From positions 22,662 to 86,661 of the forward strand of contig DATJPV010000030.1 in the NCBI GenBank assembly GCA_035506195.1: a DNA stretch of 64,000 nt, read 5' to 3'. Positions within the stretch are counted from its first letter, which is position 1. Each line of letters opens with the position of its first letter. Source of the stretch: Patescibacteria group bacterium (GTDB taxonomy: Bacteria > Omnitrophota > Gorgyraeia > Gygaellales > Profunditerraquicolaceae). A program made the translations under genes and the position numbers. Shown in pieces: positions 1 to 7,922 of this stretch. The notes below the pieces were generated by a model. It made no database searches. It was given only the letters and a program-made list of their open reading frames with translations, and was not told the DNA's origin.

Positions 1-460
1 CGACCCGGCAACAGACCAGTGGCCCGTTGAACGGGATATCCGAAATGGATAAAGCCGCTGACGCTCCGTTAACCGCCAGGATATCCGGGTCGTTCTCTCC
101 GTCGCTGGAGAGTACGATCGCCATAACCTGGACTTCATTAAAAAGCCCCTTGGGGAACAGGGGACGGATAGGCCTGTCAATAAGACGCGCGGTCAAGATC
201 TCGCTCTCGGAAGGCCTGCCTTCCCTCTTGAAGAAGCCGCCGGGGATCCTTCCTGCCGCATACGTTTTTTCCTGGTACTCGACGGTCAAAGGGAAAAAAC
301 CCTGCCCTTCCCGCGGTTCCTTGGACATACAGGCGGTCACCAGGACAACGGTCCCTCCGTATTGGATGGTAACCGAGCCATTCGCCTGCCTGGCAATCTT
401 GCCGGTCTCAAATACCAAATCTTCTTTTCCGAATTTTGTTTTCATCGAACAACTTTGCAT
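1..460 (-). CDS. pnp: Polynucleotide phosphorylase (PNPase), N-terminal part only; gene continues beyond the window start
   Basis: Minus-strand frame starts at ATG ~460, preceded by AAAGGTGG. Translation [30 protein letters not shown]...[56 protein letters not shown] matches the PNPase RNase-PH-like N-domain. Lies directly downstream of rpsO, as in the conserved rpsO-pnp operon. Not in the ORF track because it runs off the window edge. Confidence 0.85.
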   Translation of the reverse strand, partial: MQSCSMKTKFGKEDLVFETGKIARQANGSVTIQYGGTVVLVTACMSKEPREGQGFFPLTVEYQEKTYAAGRIPGGFFKREGRPSESEILTARLIDRPIRPLFPKGLFNEVQVMAIVLSSDGENDPDILAVNGASAALSISDIPFNGPLVCCRV

Positions 461-489
461 ATATCCACCTTTTGTAGACGAAGAAGGCC

Positions 490-759
490 TTACTTTCTCA
501 AGTTAAGCTTCTCTAATACTTCTTCGTATTTTTTAATGTCTTTTTTCTTGAGATAGCTCAACAGCCTGCGCCGCCTACCTACAAGAGTCAGCAGCCCGCG
601 ACGGGAATGATGATCCTTCTTATGGGCCTTAAAATGGTCTCCCAGGGCGTTGATCCTGCCAGTGAGAAGCGCAATTTGAACTTCAGCTGACCCCGTATCT
701 CGGGAGTGCACTTTGAACGTATCAATAAGATCTTTTTTCTTTTCTTTGACGATAACCAA
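490..759 (-). CDS. rpsO: 30S ribosomal protein S15
   Basis: ORF 490..816 contains [54 protein letters not shown], the S15 signature. Family length (~89 aa) and a GGAGG 8 nt upstream favour a TTG start near 759 rather than the track start at 816. Confidence 0.9.
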   Translation of the reverse strand: MVIVKEKKKDLIDTFKVHSRDTGSAEVQIALLTGRINALGDHFKAHKKDHHSRRGLLTLVGRRRRLLSYLKKKDIKKYEEVLEKLNLRK

Positions 760-792
760 CTTCTTCACCTCCTCTTCTTTCTTTAAACAAGT

Positions 793-821
793 ATTATACG
801 CTACTTTACACCGCAAGTCAA
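793..821 (-). promoter_or_regulatory. Sigma70-like promoter (proximal) upstream of rpsO
   Basis: Minus strand reads TTGACT-17nt-TATAAT (-35 ~816-821, -10 ~793-798). Positioned just upstream of the S15 SD and start. Confidence 0.5.
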
Positions 822-910
822 TATATTCGTATGAGTAATGAAACCCGTTCCAGTCTACACCCGGGATACTGCGGACGCAATGGCGGGAAGAACCGCGGAA
901 AGGTTACTTT

Positions 911-938
911 ATTATACCACTCTATATTGCCTTGTCAA
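911..938 (-). promoter_or_regulatory. Sigma70-like promoter (distal) upstream of rpsO, overlapping the stop codon of the M48 protease gene
   Basis: Minus strand reads TTGACA-16nt-TATAAT (-35 ~933-938, -10 ~911-916). Confidence 0.5.
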
Positions 939-1708
939 TGCCTGTCTTGAGCCTGGTTCAACGCGGGGATATAGCCCCGGATGGCTTTGATGCGGTCATC
1001 TACATAAGGATGCGTCCGAAAATAGCTCAGGCCCTGCTTTTGTTCGCTTTCGCTTTGCTTAAGTTTCTGGAGGGCGGATAACGCGGCATTCGGGTCGAAA
1101 CCCGCCTTCCACGCATACTTAACGCCTAACGTATCGGCCGCATATTCGTCATCCCGGCTGTATTTCAACTGCACCAGGTTATACACCGTATGTGCGCCTT
1201 GCGCGATAACCCCGGCGCTGTCCCCGGCCCGATTGCCCATGCCCGTAAACGCAAGCGTCATAAGCACCTGATATGCCATATTTGCCTGGAGCTTTTTGAC
1301 GATGTGCCGTGCGGCCATATGAGCTGCCTCATGCCCCAAGACATACGCAATCTCATCGTCACTAAGGATATCTACCAGGCCTTTGTTGATATAGATGAAA
1401 CCGCCCGGCAGGGTGACGGCGTTGAGCTCTTTGTCGGTTACGACGGTAAACGTGTAGCCGATATCCTGCCGGTCGCAGACCTGCGCGATACGGCTGCCTA
1501 TCCGCTTGATCCGCTCCTGGAGGCGGGGGTCGTCTACGGCAGGATGCTGCTGGAGCATCCCGGCGGAGACGTTTTTGCCGATCAAGGATTCCGTGGCGCT
1601 ATTGATGAAGATGAATTCCTGCTTTTCGGTGGCGGGATTATATACCGTTACGCATCCGGACAGAAGTACCAGGGATACTATGCAGGAAAAAGAGCCCCAT
1701 ACCCTCAT
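935..1708 (-). CDS. M48-family zinc metalloprotease, lipoprotein (BepA/YfgC/HtpX-like)
   Basis: HEXXH motif GHEAAHMAARH. N-terminal lipobox LLSGC. 257 aa. Confidence 0.8.
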   Translation of the reverse strand: MRVWGSFSCIVSLVLLSGCVTVYNPATEKQEFIFINSATESLIGKNVSAGMLQQHPAVDDPRLQERIKRIGSRIAQVCDRQDIGYTFTVVTDKELNAVTLPGGFIYINKGLVDILSDDEIAYVLGHEAAHMAARHIVKKLQANMAYQVLMTLAFTGMGNRAGDSAGVIAQGAHTVYNLVQLKYSRDDEYAADTLGVKYAWKAGFDPNAALSALQKLKQSESEQKQGLSYFRTHPYVDDRIKAIRGYIPALNQAQDRH

Positions 1709-2211
1709 TGCTTGTGGATAACGATCTTATCGGCGGTGATCTTTGAATTTGGCATGATCACGGTTTTTTTCTCCGGGCTGATCAAGATGGTACTGAAGAT
1801 CTGGATCTCATGCACCGTCCCCAAGGCACCGCCTACCTCCACTATATCTCCTACCTTAAAGGGTTGAAAAAGGATGATCAGGACACCGGCGGCAAAATTC
1901 GCCAGAGACCCCTGCAGGGCAAGGCCGACTGCCAGGCCTGCGGCGCCCAAAATAGCGATAAACGAGGTTGTCTGCACGCCCAACTTGTCTAAAGCCGCCA
2001 CCCCCGCAAACGCCACGATCGCGAAATATACGATATTTTTCGTAAAGACCGCCAGGGTCTTGTTCACCTTTGATTTGAGCATCGCCTTTTCGCAGAGACG
2101 GGCGACGAGCCGTGCTATCCATCTACCGATAATAAAGATCAGTACCGCGGCCAGAATATTAAGCCCATATTGGATCGCGTAGCCGTACAACGTCTGTAAT
2201 GTTGCTTGCAT
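1705..2211 (-). CDS. Short MscS-family mechanosensitive channel homolog (168 aa, lacks most of the cytoplasmic vestibule domain)
   Basis: Aligns to the MscS TM2-TM3 region and the start of the beta domain (GVQTTSFIAILGAAGLAVGLALQGSLANFAAGVLIILFQPFKVGDIVEVGGALGTV...IMPNSKI). Ends about 120 aa short of canonical MscS. 4-nt ATGA overlap with the downstream M48 gene. Confidence 0.7.
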   Translation of the reverse strand: MQATLQTLYGYAIQYGLNILAAVLIFIIGRWIARLVARLCEKAMLKSKVNKTLAVFTKNIVYFAIVAFAGVAALDKLGVQTTSFIAILGAAGLAVGLALQGSLANFAAGVLIILFQPFKVGDIVEVGGALGTVHEIQIFSTILISPEKKTVIMPNSKITADKIVIHKQ

Positions 2212-2242
2212 CGTTGCCTATCCTCCTTCTTTTAACAACCTG

Positions 2243-2929
2243 CTATTTGGTTCTTACCTTCAATTTTTTCTTAAGGTTCGCTATTTCCACGCTTAATTTC
2301 TCTATGCTTTGCCGGCAATGGGCCTCGCTTTCCCGCAGGGCCTGCTCGGTCTTCTTGCGCTCCCCTATTTCTTTCCATAGCTCTTCATTGGCTTTCGCAA
2401 GCTCCGCGGTCCTGACCTTTACGCGTATCGCCAGCTCCGCGCGAGAATTACGCAGGACCTCTTCCACCTTTTTGCGTTCGGTGATATCCCTGGCAATACC
2501 GGTTGTGCCGATCACTTCGCTTTTCTCGTTAAAAATGGGCGTCTTGACGGTTTCAATCCACCTGACCTTTCCTTCCTTGTCTGCCAGCGGCTCTTCGACC
2601 TGTTTGCGCTGCCCTGATTCCATGACCTCGCGGTCATCAAAGCGATAACGCTCTGCCAGTTCGTGCGGCCAAATATCCAAATCGGTTTTACCTGTCAGGT
2701 CTTCAGGCTTGACCCCGCAAGACCGGCCAAAGGCATCATTGACGGCAATGAACCTGCTCTCTTTATCCTTCAGCCAGGCGATATCCGGGATATTGTTCAG
2801 TATCGCCTGCTGATGAAGCTGGCTTCTGCGCAGCGCCGCTTCGGTATGCTTGTGCCTTGCCTCTGACTTCTCCAGCTTTGTGATACGTTCCTGCAGCAAG
2901 GCGACTTCTTCTACGAGTTTGCGTTCCAT
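2243..2929 (-). CDS. PAS-domain protein with flanking coiled coils, no recognisable output domain
   Basis: PAS S-box-like core (ILNNIPDIAWLKDKESRFIAVNDAFGRSCGVKPEDLTGKTDLDIW...KVRWIETVKTPIF). Heptad-rich N- and C-terminal segments. 228 aa. Confidence 0.6.
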   Translation of the reverse strand: MERKLVEEVALLQERITKLEKSEARHKHTEAALRRSQLHQQAILNNIPDIAWLKDKESRFIAVNDAFGRSCGVKPEDLTGKTDLDIWPHELAERYRFDDREVMESGQRKQVEEPLADKEGKVRWIETVKTPIFNEKSEVIGTTGIARDITERKKVEEVLRNSRAELAIRVKVRTAELAKANEELWKEIGERKKTEQALRESEAHCRQSIEKLSVEIANLKKKLKVRTK

Positions 2930-2948
2930 CTGGCACCATCCTACACGT

Positions 2949-2977
2949 ATTATACTGCCGGTTTATGGCTTCAACAA
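2949..2977 (-). promoter_or_regulatory. Putative promoter for the PAS-protein gene
   Basis: Minus strand TTGTTG-17nt-TATAAT, about 20 nt upstream of the start at 2929. Weak -35. Confidence 0.3.
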
Positions 2978-3013
2978 TAATAAAAACGAGGCATCCCGCA
3001 GCATACAATACCG

Positions 3014-5923
3014 TTACCGGATGATCGCAAAAGGGCATATCTGGTTGTAGGCGCAGTACCTGCAGGCCATATAGGCAGGCGCTGCGGAGAAATCCCTTTG
3101 TCTGATGCCGGCGGCAACTTCACGAATGCTCTCCCGTGCCTTCTCCAGGTCCTTTGCCTGTATGTCGTGGTTGCCGATGATGCCGGATTCCAGAAAATAC
3201 AGCCCGACGCGTTTCGGCAGGACCCCGAAGATGCTTTCATACGCCAGCGCATATAAGGCAAGCTGAAGGCTCTCCTTGACCCGCTTATCCGCATCCTTCT
3301 GCTCCTTGATTTCCGAGGTCTTAAAATCCATGATCACTGTGCCGTCTTCTTCCTGGTCAACCCTATCGAACCGGCCGGTGATCCTGGTATGCTCAAACAC
3401 AAACGAAAAATCCTTCTCAATGAACTGCGGGCGGGAATCCCGCGCCTGTTCTTCATTAAAGAACCTGACCAGGGCTTCTTGGCCGACCCGTAGCCGCTCC
3501 TGCTGGTGTTTCGCGTCAAGGAATCCTTCGGGGTCGAAACTGTTACGGAACGCCTGCAGGAGATCCGCCAGGGACGGCTTTTCACCCGCGCACTTGTGCT
3601 GAAAATAGCTGCTTACCGCCTCATGCATTGCCCGGCCGTAAATAACGGTGTGGTGTTCCATGATCGGCACGCGCAGGATATTGACATACTTGTATTTCAG
3701 AGGGCACGTCAGGTAATCGTCGATCTGGTAATAGCTCAACGTCAACAGCTTATCCGCGGGCATCTCTTCAATTGCCGCCGGGGACGAGCCTTTTTGCGGC
3801 GCAAAACGTTCGATAGCCTCCAGGGCGCTCGATGCCTGCTTTTGCGGCTGCGCAGACTCCTGCCCCAGGGCCTCTGCCACAAACTGGCTGACGCGGCGCA
3901 TACGGCTGCCGCCGTAATCGGAAGCGCTGGTAAAATATAACTCCTCTTTGGAGCGCGTCATACCCACATAAAAAAGCCTGCGCTCCTCCTGGATATGAAA
4001 ATCCCCCTCCGGCAGGATCTCCTTGATCAGGGCATCCGGCAGCTCGATAGGCTGGCTGCGGCGCGGCCAGGGAAAACGGCCGCTTACCAGGGTCACCAGG
4101 AATACCACCCGGAATTCCAGCCCCTTGGCCTTATGGATGGTCAAGACATTGACGGCGTCGGTATCCACATCCGCTTCCACCGTAGAGGGGTCGTCTCCGG
4201 CTTCGATGAGCAGGTCGAGATAATTGACAAAGCTGATCACCCGGTCTTCTTTGGCGACCAGCTCGAAATTACGCACAATGGCAAAGAACTTTGCCAGATT
4301 CTGGATCTTTTCTTCATTCTCGGCACTTGCCTGATGCACGAGTTTCTTCAAAAAACCCGTTTCGGTCAAGAAACCGTAGAGAAGCTTGCCGGTTGTCTGG
4401 TCACGGGAGACCTTCAGGAATTTCTCCGTCTCATCCAGGAAACGCTTGATCTTTTCCCGGTCCTCCTGGCTGACCTGCTCCAGCTCCGGGATGCCGTCAA
4501 GGGCCGCAAGGACCGAATGCAGCGATCTGTTCCGGCGCTTGGCATAATGATTACAGAGGCTTAACACGGCCAGATCCAAACCGTATATCTCGGAACTCAC
4601 CAGATAATACAGGCTCAGGGAATCCGACAGATTAGCCATCAGCCTCAAAAAATTGATGCACAGCTTGACTTCCTGGCGCGCATAGAGGCCCTGATTACCG
4701 CTGAACTGCCATGGGATGCCCTGCATGTTCAGGGCCTGCAGGAACGCCTGGGCGTCGGAATTCGAACGCACCAGGATCGCAAAGTCGCGGTACTTGAAAG
4801 TTCCCGCAGCGACTTTTTCCTTGATGATCGCGGCAACGCGGTCGGCTTCGGTGGAGCTGGTGTCAAAATGCAGGTGCTGCGGCAGACTTGCTTCCTTATG
4901 CAGGCCCAGGAGCCGCTTATCGATGTGCGCCTTGACCTCAAAACGCTCGGGATTATTATGCTGGATAAGCCGGTAAGCGCTATCGAGGATCTGCTGGGTG
5001 GAGCGGTAGTTTTGAACGATGCTTACCTTCCGGGCATCGGGAAAATCATCGATGAAATTCAGGAGATTCGAGTATGCCGCCCCTCGGAAACGATAGATAC
5101 ACTGATCGTCGTCCCCGGTAACGGTAATGTTGCGCCTGTCGCCGGCAAGCAGTTTCGCCAGCTGATACTGCGTGAAATTGGTATCCTGGAATTCGTCAAT
5201 CAGGATATACTTGAACTGCTCCTGGTACCTTTTTAATACCAGCGGGTGCTGGCGCAAAAGCTGCAGGGCCAAATAAAATTGATTCCCGAAATCAACAAGC
5301 CCTTCTTTGGCCAGTAATTCCTGGTACCGGGCATAGGCCCGGCTAACCTCCTCTTGCTGCACAGCCTCTTCTTGCAAGGCCTTGTCTTCGGGGTTATCTT
5401 TGGAGCGCGCCACCGCGTCTTGGGCCAGTTTCATATATTCCTGAGGCGATACATCCTCATCCTTGGCCCGGCTGAACAAAGACAGCAAAGCCTCAATAAA
5501 GCGCGTAGGGTCTGCCAACGGCCGGTAATACGCAAGATCGAATTCAAAGAGGTGTTCGCGGAAGAACACTGCGCTCTCCGGCCGGGTCAGAACCTTGAAA
5601 TCAGGGTTGAGGCCGGCGATGAGGGCATTTTCCCGCAAGAGCCGATCGCCGAAGGCATGAAATGTCGAGACCCAGATGTCGGTATAGCCGTAGGGCATCA
5701 GGATATCGACCCGCTCAAGCATCTGGCGGGCAGCCTTGTCGGTAAAAGTAAGCGCTAAGATCTCATTGGGTTTGCACAGGCCTTCGGACAACAGCCAGGC
5801 GATCCGGCGGGTGATGACGGTAGTCTTACCGGTGCCGGCTCCTGCAATAATAAGGAGCGGGCCCTGAGGGTGGGTAACTGCCTGTCGCTGCAGCGGATTG
5901 AGACCTTCTAATATGGGTTCCAT
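3014..5923 (-). CDS. UvrD/PcrA-family superfamily-1 helicase fused to a C-terminal PD-(D/E)XK RecB/Cas4-like nuclease domain with a 4-Cys cluster (AdnA/AddA-like)
   Basis: N-terminal Walker A (AGAGTGKTT) and UvrD helicase motifs (DEFQDTN, TIHKAKGLEF, VGMTRSKEEL). C-terminus has CPLKYKY...GRFDRVD...IMDFKTS...QLALYALAY...CRYCAYNQICP, i.e. nuclease motifs plus four Cys as in Cas4/AddB iron-sulfur nuclease domains. 969 aa. Confidence 0.85.
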   Translation of the reverse strand: MEPILEGLNPLQRQAVTHPQGPLLIIAGAGTGKTTVITRRIAWLLSEGLCKPNEILALTFTDKAARQMLERVDILMPYGYTDIWVSTFHAFGDRLLRENALIAGLNPDFKVLTRPESAVFFREHLFEFDLAYYRPLADPTRFIEALLSLFSRAKDEDVSPQEYMKLAQDAVARSKDNPEDKALQEEAVQQEEVSRAYARYQELLAKEGLVDFGNQFYLALQLLRQHPLVLKRYQEQFKYILIDEFQDTNFTQYQLAKLLAGDRRNITVTGDDDQCIYRFRGAAYSNLLNFIDDFPDARKVSIVQNYRSTQQILDSAYRLIQHNNPERFEVKAHIDKRLLGLHKEASLPQHLHFDTSSTEADRVAAIIKEKVAAGTFKYRDFAILVRSNSDAQAFLQALNMQGIPWQFSGNQGLYARQEVKLCINFLRLMANLSDSLSLYYLVSSEIYGLDLAVLSLCNHYAKRRNRSLHSVLAALDGIPELEQVSQEDREKIKRFLDETEKFLKVSRDQTTGKLLYGFLTETGFLKKLVHQASAENEEKIQNLAKFFAIVRNFELVAKEDRVISFVNYLDLLIEAGDDPSTVEADVDTDAVNVLTIHKAKGLEFRVVFLVTLVSGRFPWPRRSQPIELPDALIKEILPEGDFHIQEERRLFYVGMTRSKEELYFTSASDYGGSRMRRVSQFVAEALGQESAQPQKQASSALEAIERFAPQKGSSPAAIEEMPADKLLTLSYYQIDDYLTCPLKYKYVNILRVPIMEHHTVIYGRAMHEAVSSYFQHKCAGEKPSLADLLQAFRNSFDPEGFLDAKHQQERLRVGQEALVRFFNEEQARDSRPQFIEKDFSFVFEHTRITGRFDRVDQEEDGTVIMDFKTSEIKEQKDADKRVKESLQLALYALAYESIFGVLPKRVGLYFLESGIIGNHDIQAKDLEKARESIREVAAGIRQRDFSAAPAYMACRYCAYNQICPFAIIR

Positions 5924-5947
5924 GCTGATATTTTACTACATTTTACC

Positions 5948-5975
5948 TTGACAAGACTTGATTTTCAAGTATACT
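5948..5975 (+). promoter_or_regulatory. Sigma70-like promoter for rpmB
   Basis: TTGACA-16nt-TATACT on the plus strand, about 27 nt upstream of the rpmB ATG, followed by an AAAGGAG SD. Confidence 0.55.
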
Positions 5976-6001
5976 TAAGAGTCCAAAGGAGCTTAGAAAT
6001 C

Positions 6002-6229
6002 ATGTATAAAGTCTGTGCGTTATGCGGAAAAAGACCCTTAGCGGGAAAACTCGTAGTCAGGAAAGGTCAATATAAGAAAAAAGGCGGTACAGGCAGCAAG
6101 ATCGCCCGTGTGAGCATGCGTAAGTTTCTGCCTAATCTTCAGAAGATGCGCATCCTTATTGAAGGCCATCCCCGCAGAGTCTATGTCTGCGCCAAATGCA
6201 TCAAAAAAGGCACTATCAACAGGGCCTGA
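6002..6229 (+). CDS. rpmB: 50S ribosomal protein L28 (the only convincing plus-strand gene in the window)
   Basis: MYKVCALCGKRP...RKFLPNLQKMRILIEGHPRRVYVCAKCIKKG matches L28. Real start is the internal ATG at 6002 with an AAAGGAG SD; the track ORF 5948..6229 starts at an upstream TTG that is actually the promoter -35. Confidence 0.9.
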   Translation: MYKVCALCGKRPLAGKLVVRKGQYKKKGGTGSKIARVSMRKFLPNLQKMRILIEGHPRRVYVCAKCIKKGTINRA

Positions 6230-6231
6230 TC

Positions 6232-7920
6232 CTACCGGAAAAAAATATCCCTGGCTTCTAATATCACGCTCGCCTGACCATTCCAATTATCCAGCTGCGG
6301 CGTATATACCAGATCAAGGTAATCGGCGTTGATCAGGCTTTCCCGGAGGCTTGCCATGCCGAACCCTATGGCCTGATGCGTAATCCTGCCGTCAGTGACC
6401 CAGAATTTCAACGTCTCCCGAGATAGCTGTAAAGGCTCGCCTTTAAGTTTAAGGTTGCGGGTGAGAAAAAGCGGCTCCGGATTACCCGCCCCAAACGGCT
6501 CCAAGAGCTCTATTTCTGCGATGACTTTTTCGGTTATCTCTCCCAGGCCCGCCTCAATATCGATATCAAGGCTCGGCAGTAGGTCTTCAAAACGCAATTT
6601 TTCCCTGGCCAGATCATTGATCTTGGCTTTGAAATCTGCCACGCTGCCTCTGGCAATCACCAGGCCTACGGCATGGCTGTGCCCGCCGAAGGTGGTCAAC
6701 AAGTCTTTGCATTCCGACAGGGTATGAAATAAATGGAAATTCTTGATCGACCTGCCTGACCCCTTACAGAGGTCTTCGGTCAACGATATCAGGATGGTCG
6801 GACGGTAAAATCTATCCGCCAGCTTTGAAGCCACTACCCCTAATACGCCCTGATGCCAGCCCTCCTTGGCGATCACGATGACCTTATGCTCCTTGAAATT
6901 AATCTCTTGATCGATCAATTCCTGGGCCTCCTCCATGATCTGGCCTTCTATTTTCTGGCGCTGGCGGTTATACGCCTCGATTATCTTGGCAAACCCTTCT
7001 GCTTCCTGCCTAGCTTCGCTCAATAACAGGTTCAAAGCCACTTCGGCAGTAGCCATCCTGCCGCTGGCGTTGATCCGCGGACCCAGAATGTAACTTACGA
7101 AAGTAGCGGTCATCTTTTTGTTGCGGATGCCGCTGGTTTCCATGAGCGCCTGAAGCCCGATCTTTTCCGTCCTCCCCAGTTGTAAGAGCCCCTCCTTGGC
7201 GATGATGCGGTTTTCCCCGGTAAGGGGCACGACATCCGCGATGGTCCCCAGGGCGACCAGATCCAGGTCTTCGGTCAAAGGCGTGCCGGTAAGCGCCTGG
7301 CAAAGCTTGTACGCTACCCCCACTCCTGCCAGTTCCCTGTAGGGGTATCCGCAGGAACCAACCTTGGGGTTAATGATTGCCGAAGCAGGCGGAAGGTCGT
7401 GGCTTGACGGTTCGTGATGGTCGGTAATAACGACTTCGATGCCATGGCGCCGCAGCTGCCTGATTTCTTCGATGCTGTTGGTACCGCAGTCAACGGTGAC
7501 CAGCAGTTTTATCCCCTTGGCCCGGGCGATCTGCAGCGTATTTTTGTTCAAGCCGTAACCTTCCTTGAGCCGGTGCGGCAGGTGGTGCAGGGCCTGAATG
7601 CCCAGCTTTGCCAATGTATTTTTAAGGAGGGTCAGCGCGGTAATACCGTCGACGTCATAATCCCCGAAGATCATGACCCGCTGCTTGGCCTTGGCGGCCT
7701 GCCTGATCTGGTTGACGGCCTCTTGCATGTCCGAGAACTGATACGGGTCATGCAGGTCGCCGAGATCGGTCTTTAGGAATTTTTCCGCTTCCCCGGCGCC
7801 GGTGACCCCGCGGTTGATAAGTATTTGGGCCAGGATCCTGGAAACAGACAGTTCTTTGGAAAAAAGATTCTGGAGAGCGCTATTGGCGGGAGTGATGTTC
7901 AGTATCTTATGAGAACGCAT
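6232..7920 (-). CDS. recJ: Single-stranded-DNA-specific exonuclease RecJ
   Basis: DHH/DHHA1 phosphoesterase motifs (IFGDYDVDGITALTLL, VVITDHH, GGHSHAVG). 562 aa. Confidence 0.9.
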   Translation of the reverse strand: MRSHKILNITPANSALQNLFSKELSVSRILAQILINRGVTGAGEAEKFLKTDLGDLHDPYQFSDMQEAVNQIRQAAKAKQRVMIFGDYDVDGITALTLLKNTLAKLGIQALHHLPHRLKEGYGLNKNTLQIARAKGIKLLVTVDCGTNSIEEIRQLRRHGIEVVITDHHEPSSHDLPPASAIINPKVGSCGYPYRELAGVGVAYKLCQALTGTPLTEDLDLVALGTIADVVPLTGENRIIAKEGLLQLGRTEKIGLQALMETSGIRNKKMTATFVSYILGPRINASGRMATAEVALNLLLSEARQEAEGFAKIIEAYNRQRQKIEGQIMEEAQELIDQEINFKEHKVIVIAKEGWHQGVLGVVASKLADRFYRPTILISLTEDLCKGSGRSIKNFHLFHTLSECKDLLTTFGGHSHAVGLVIARGSVADFKAKINDLAREKLRFEDLLPSLDIDIEAGLGEITEKVIAEIELLEPFGAGNPEPLFLTRNLKLKGEPLQLSRETLKFWVTDGRITHQAIGFGMASLRESLINADYLDLVYTPQLDNWNGQASVILEARDIFFR

Positions 7921-7922
7921 TA

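Noticed and set aside
27-506. 159-aa plus-strand ORF at the window start
   Set aside because: Antisense to the pnp N-terminal coding region, whose minus-strand translation is an unambiguous PNPase. Rejected.
816-935. tRNA or sRNA in the 120-bp rpsO upstream gap
   Set aside because: The sequence is AT-rich with two promoter-like hexamer pairs and no cloverleaf-compatible stems. Interpreted as promoter region.
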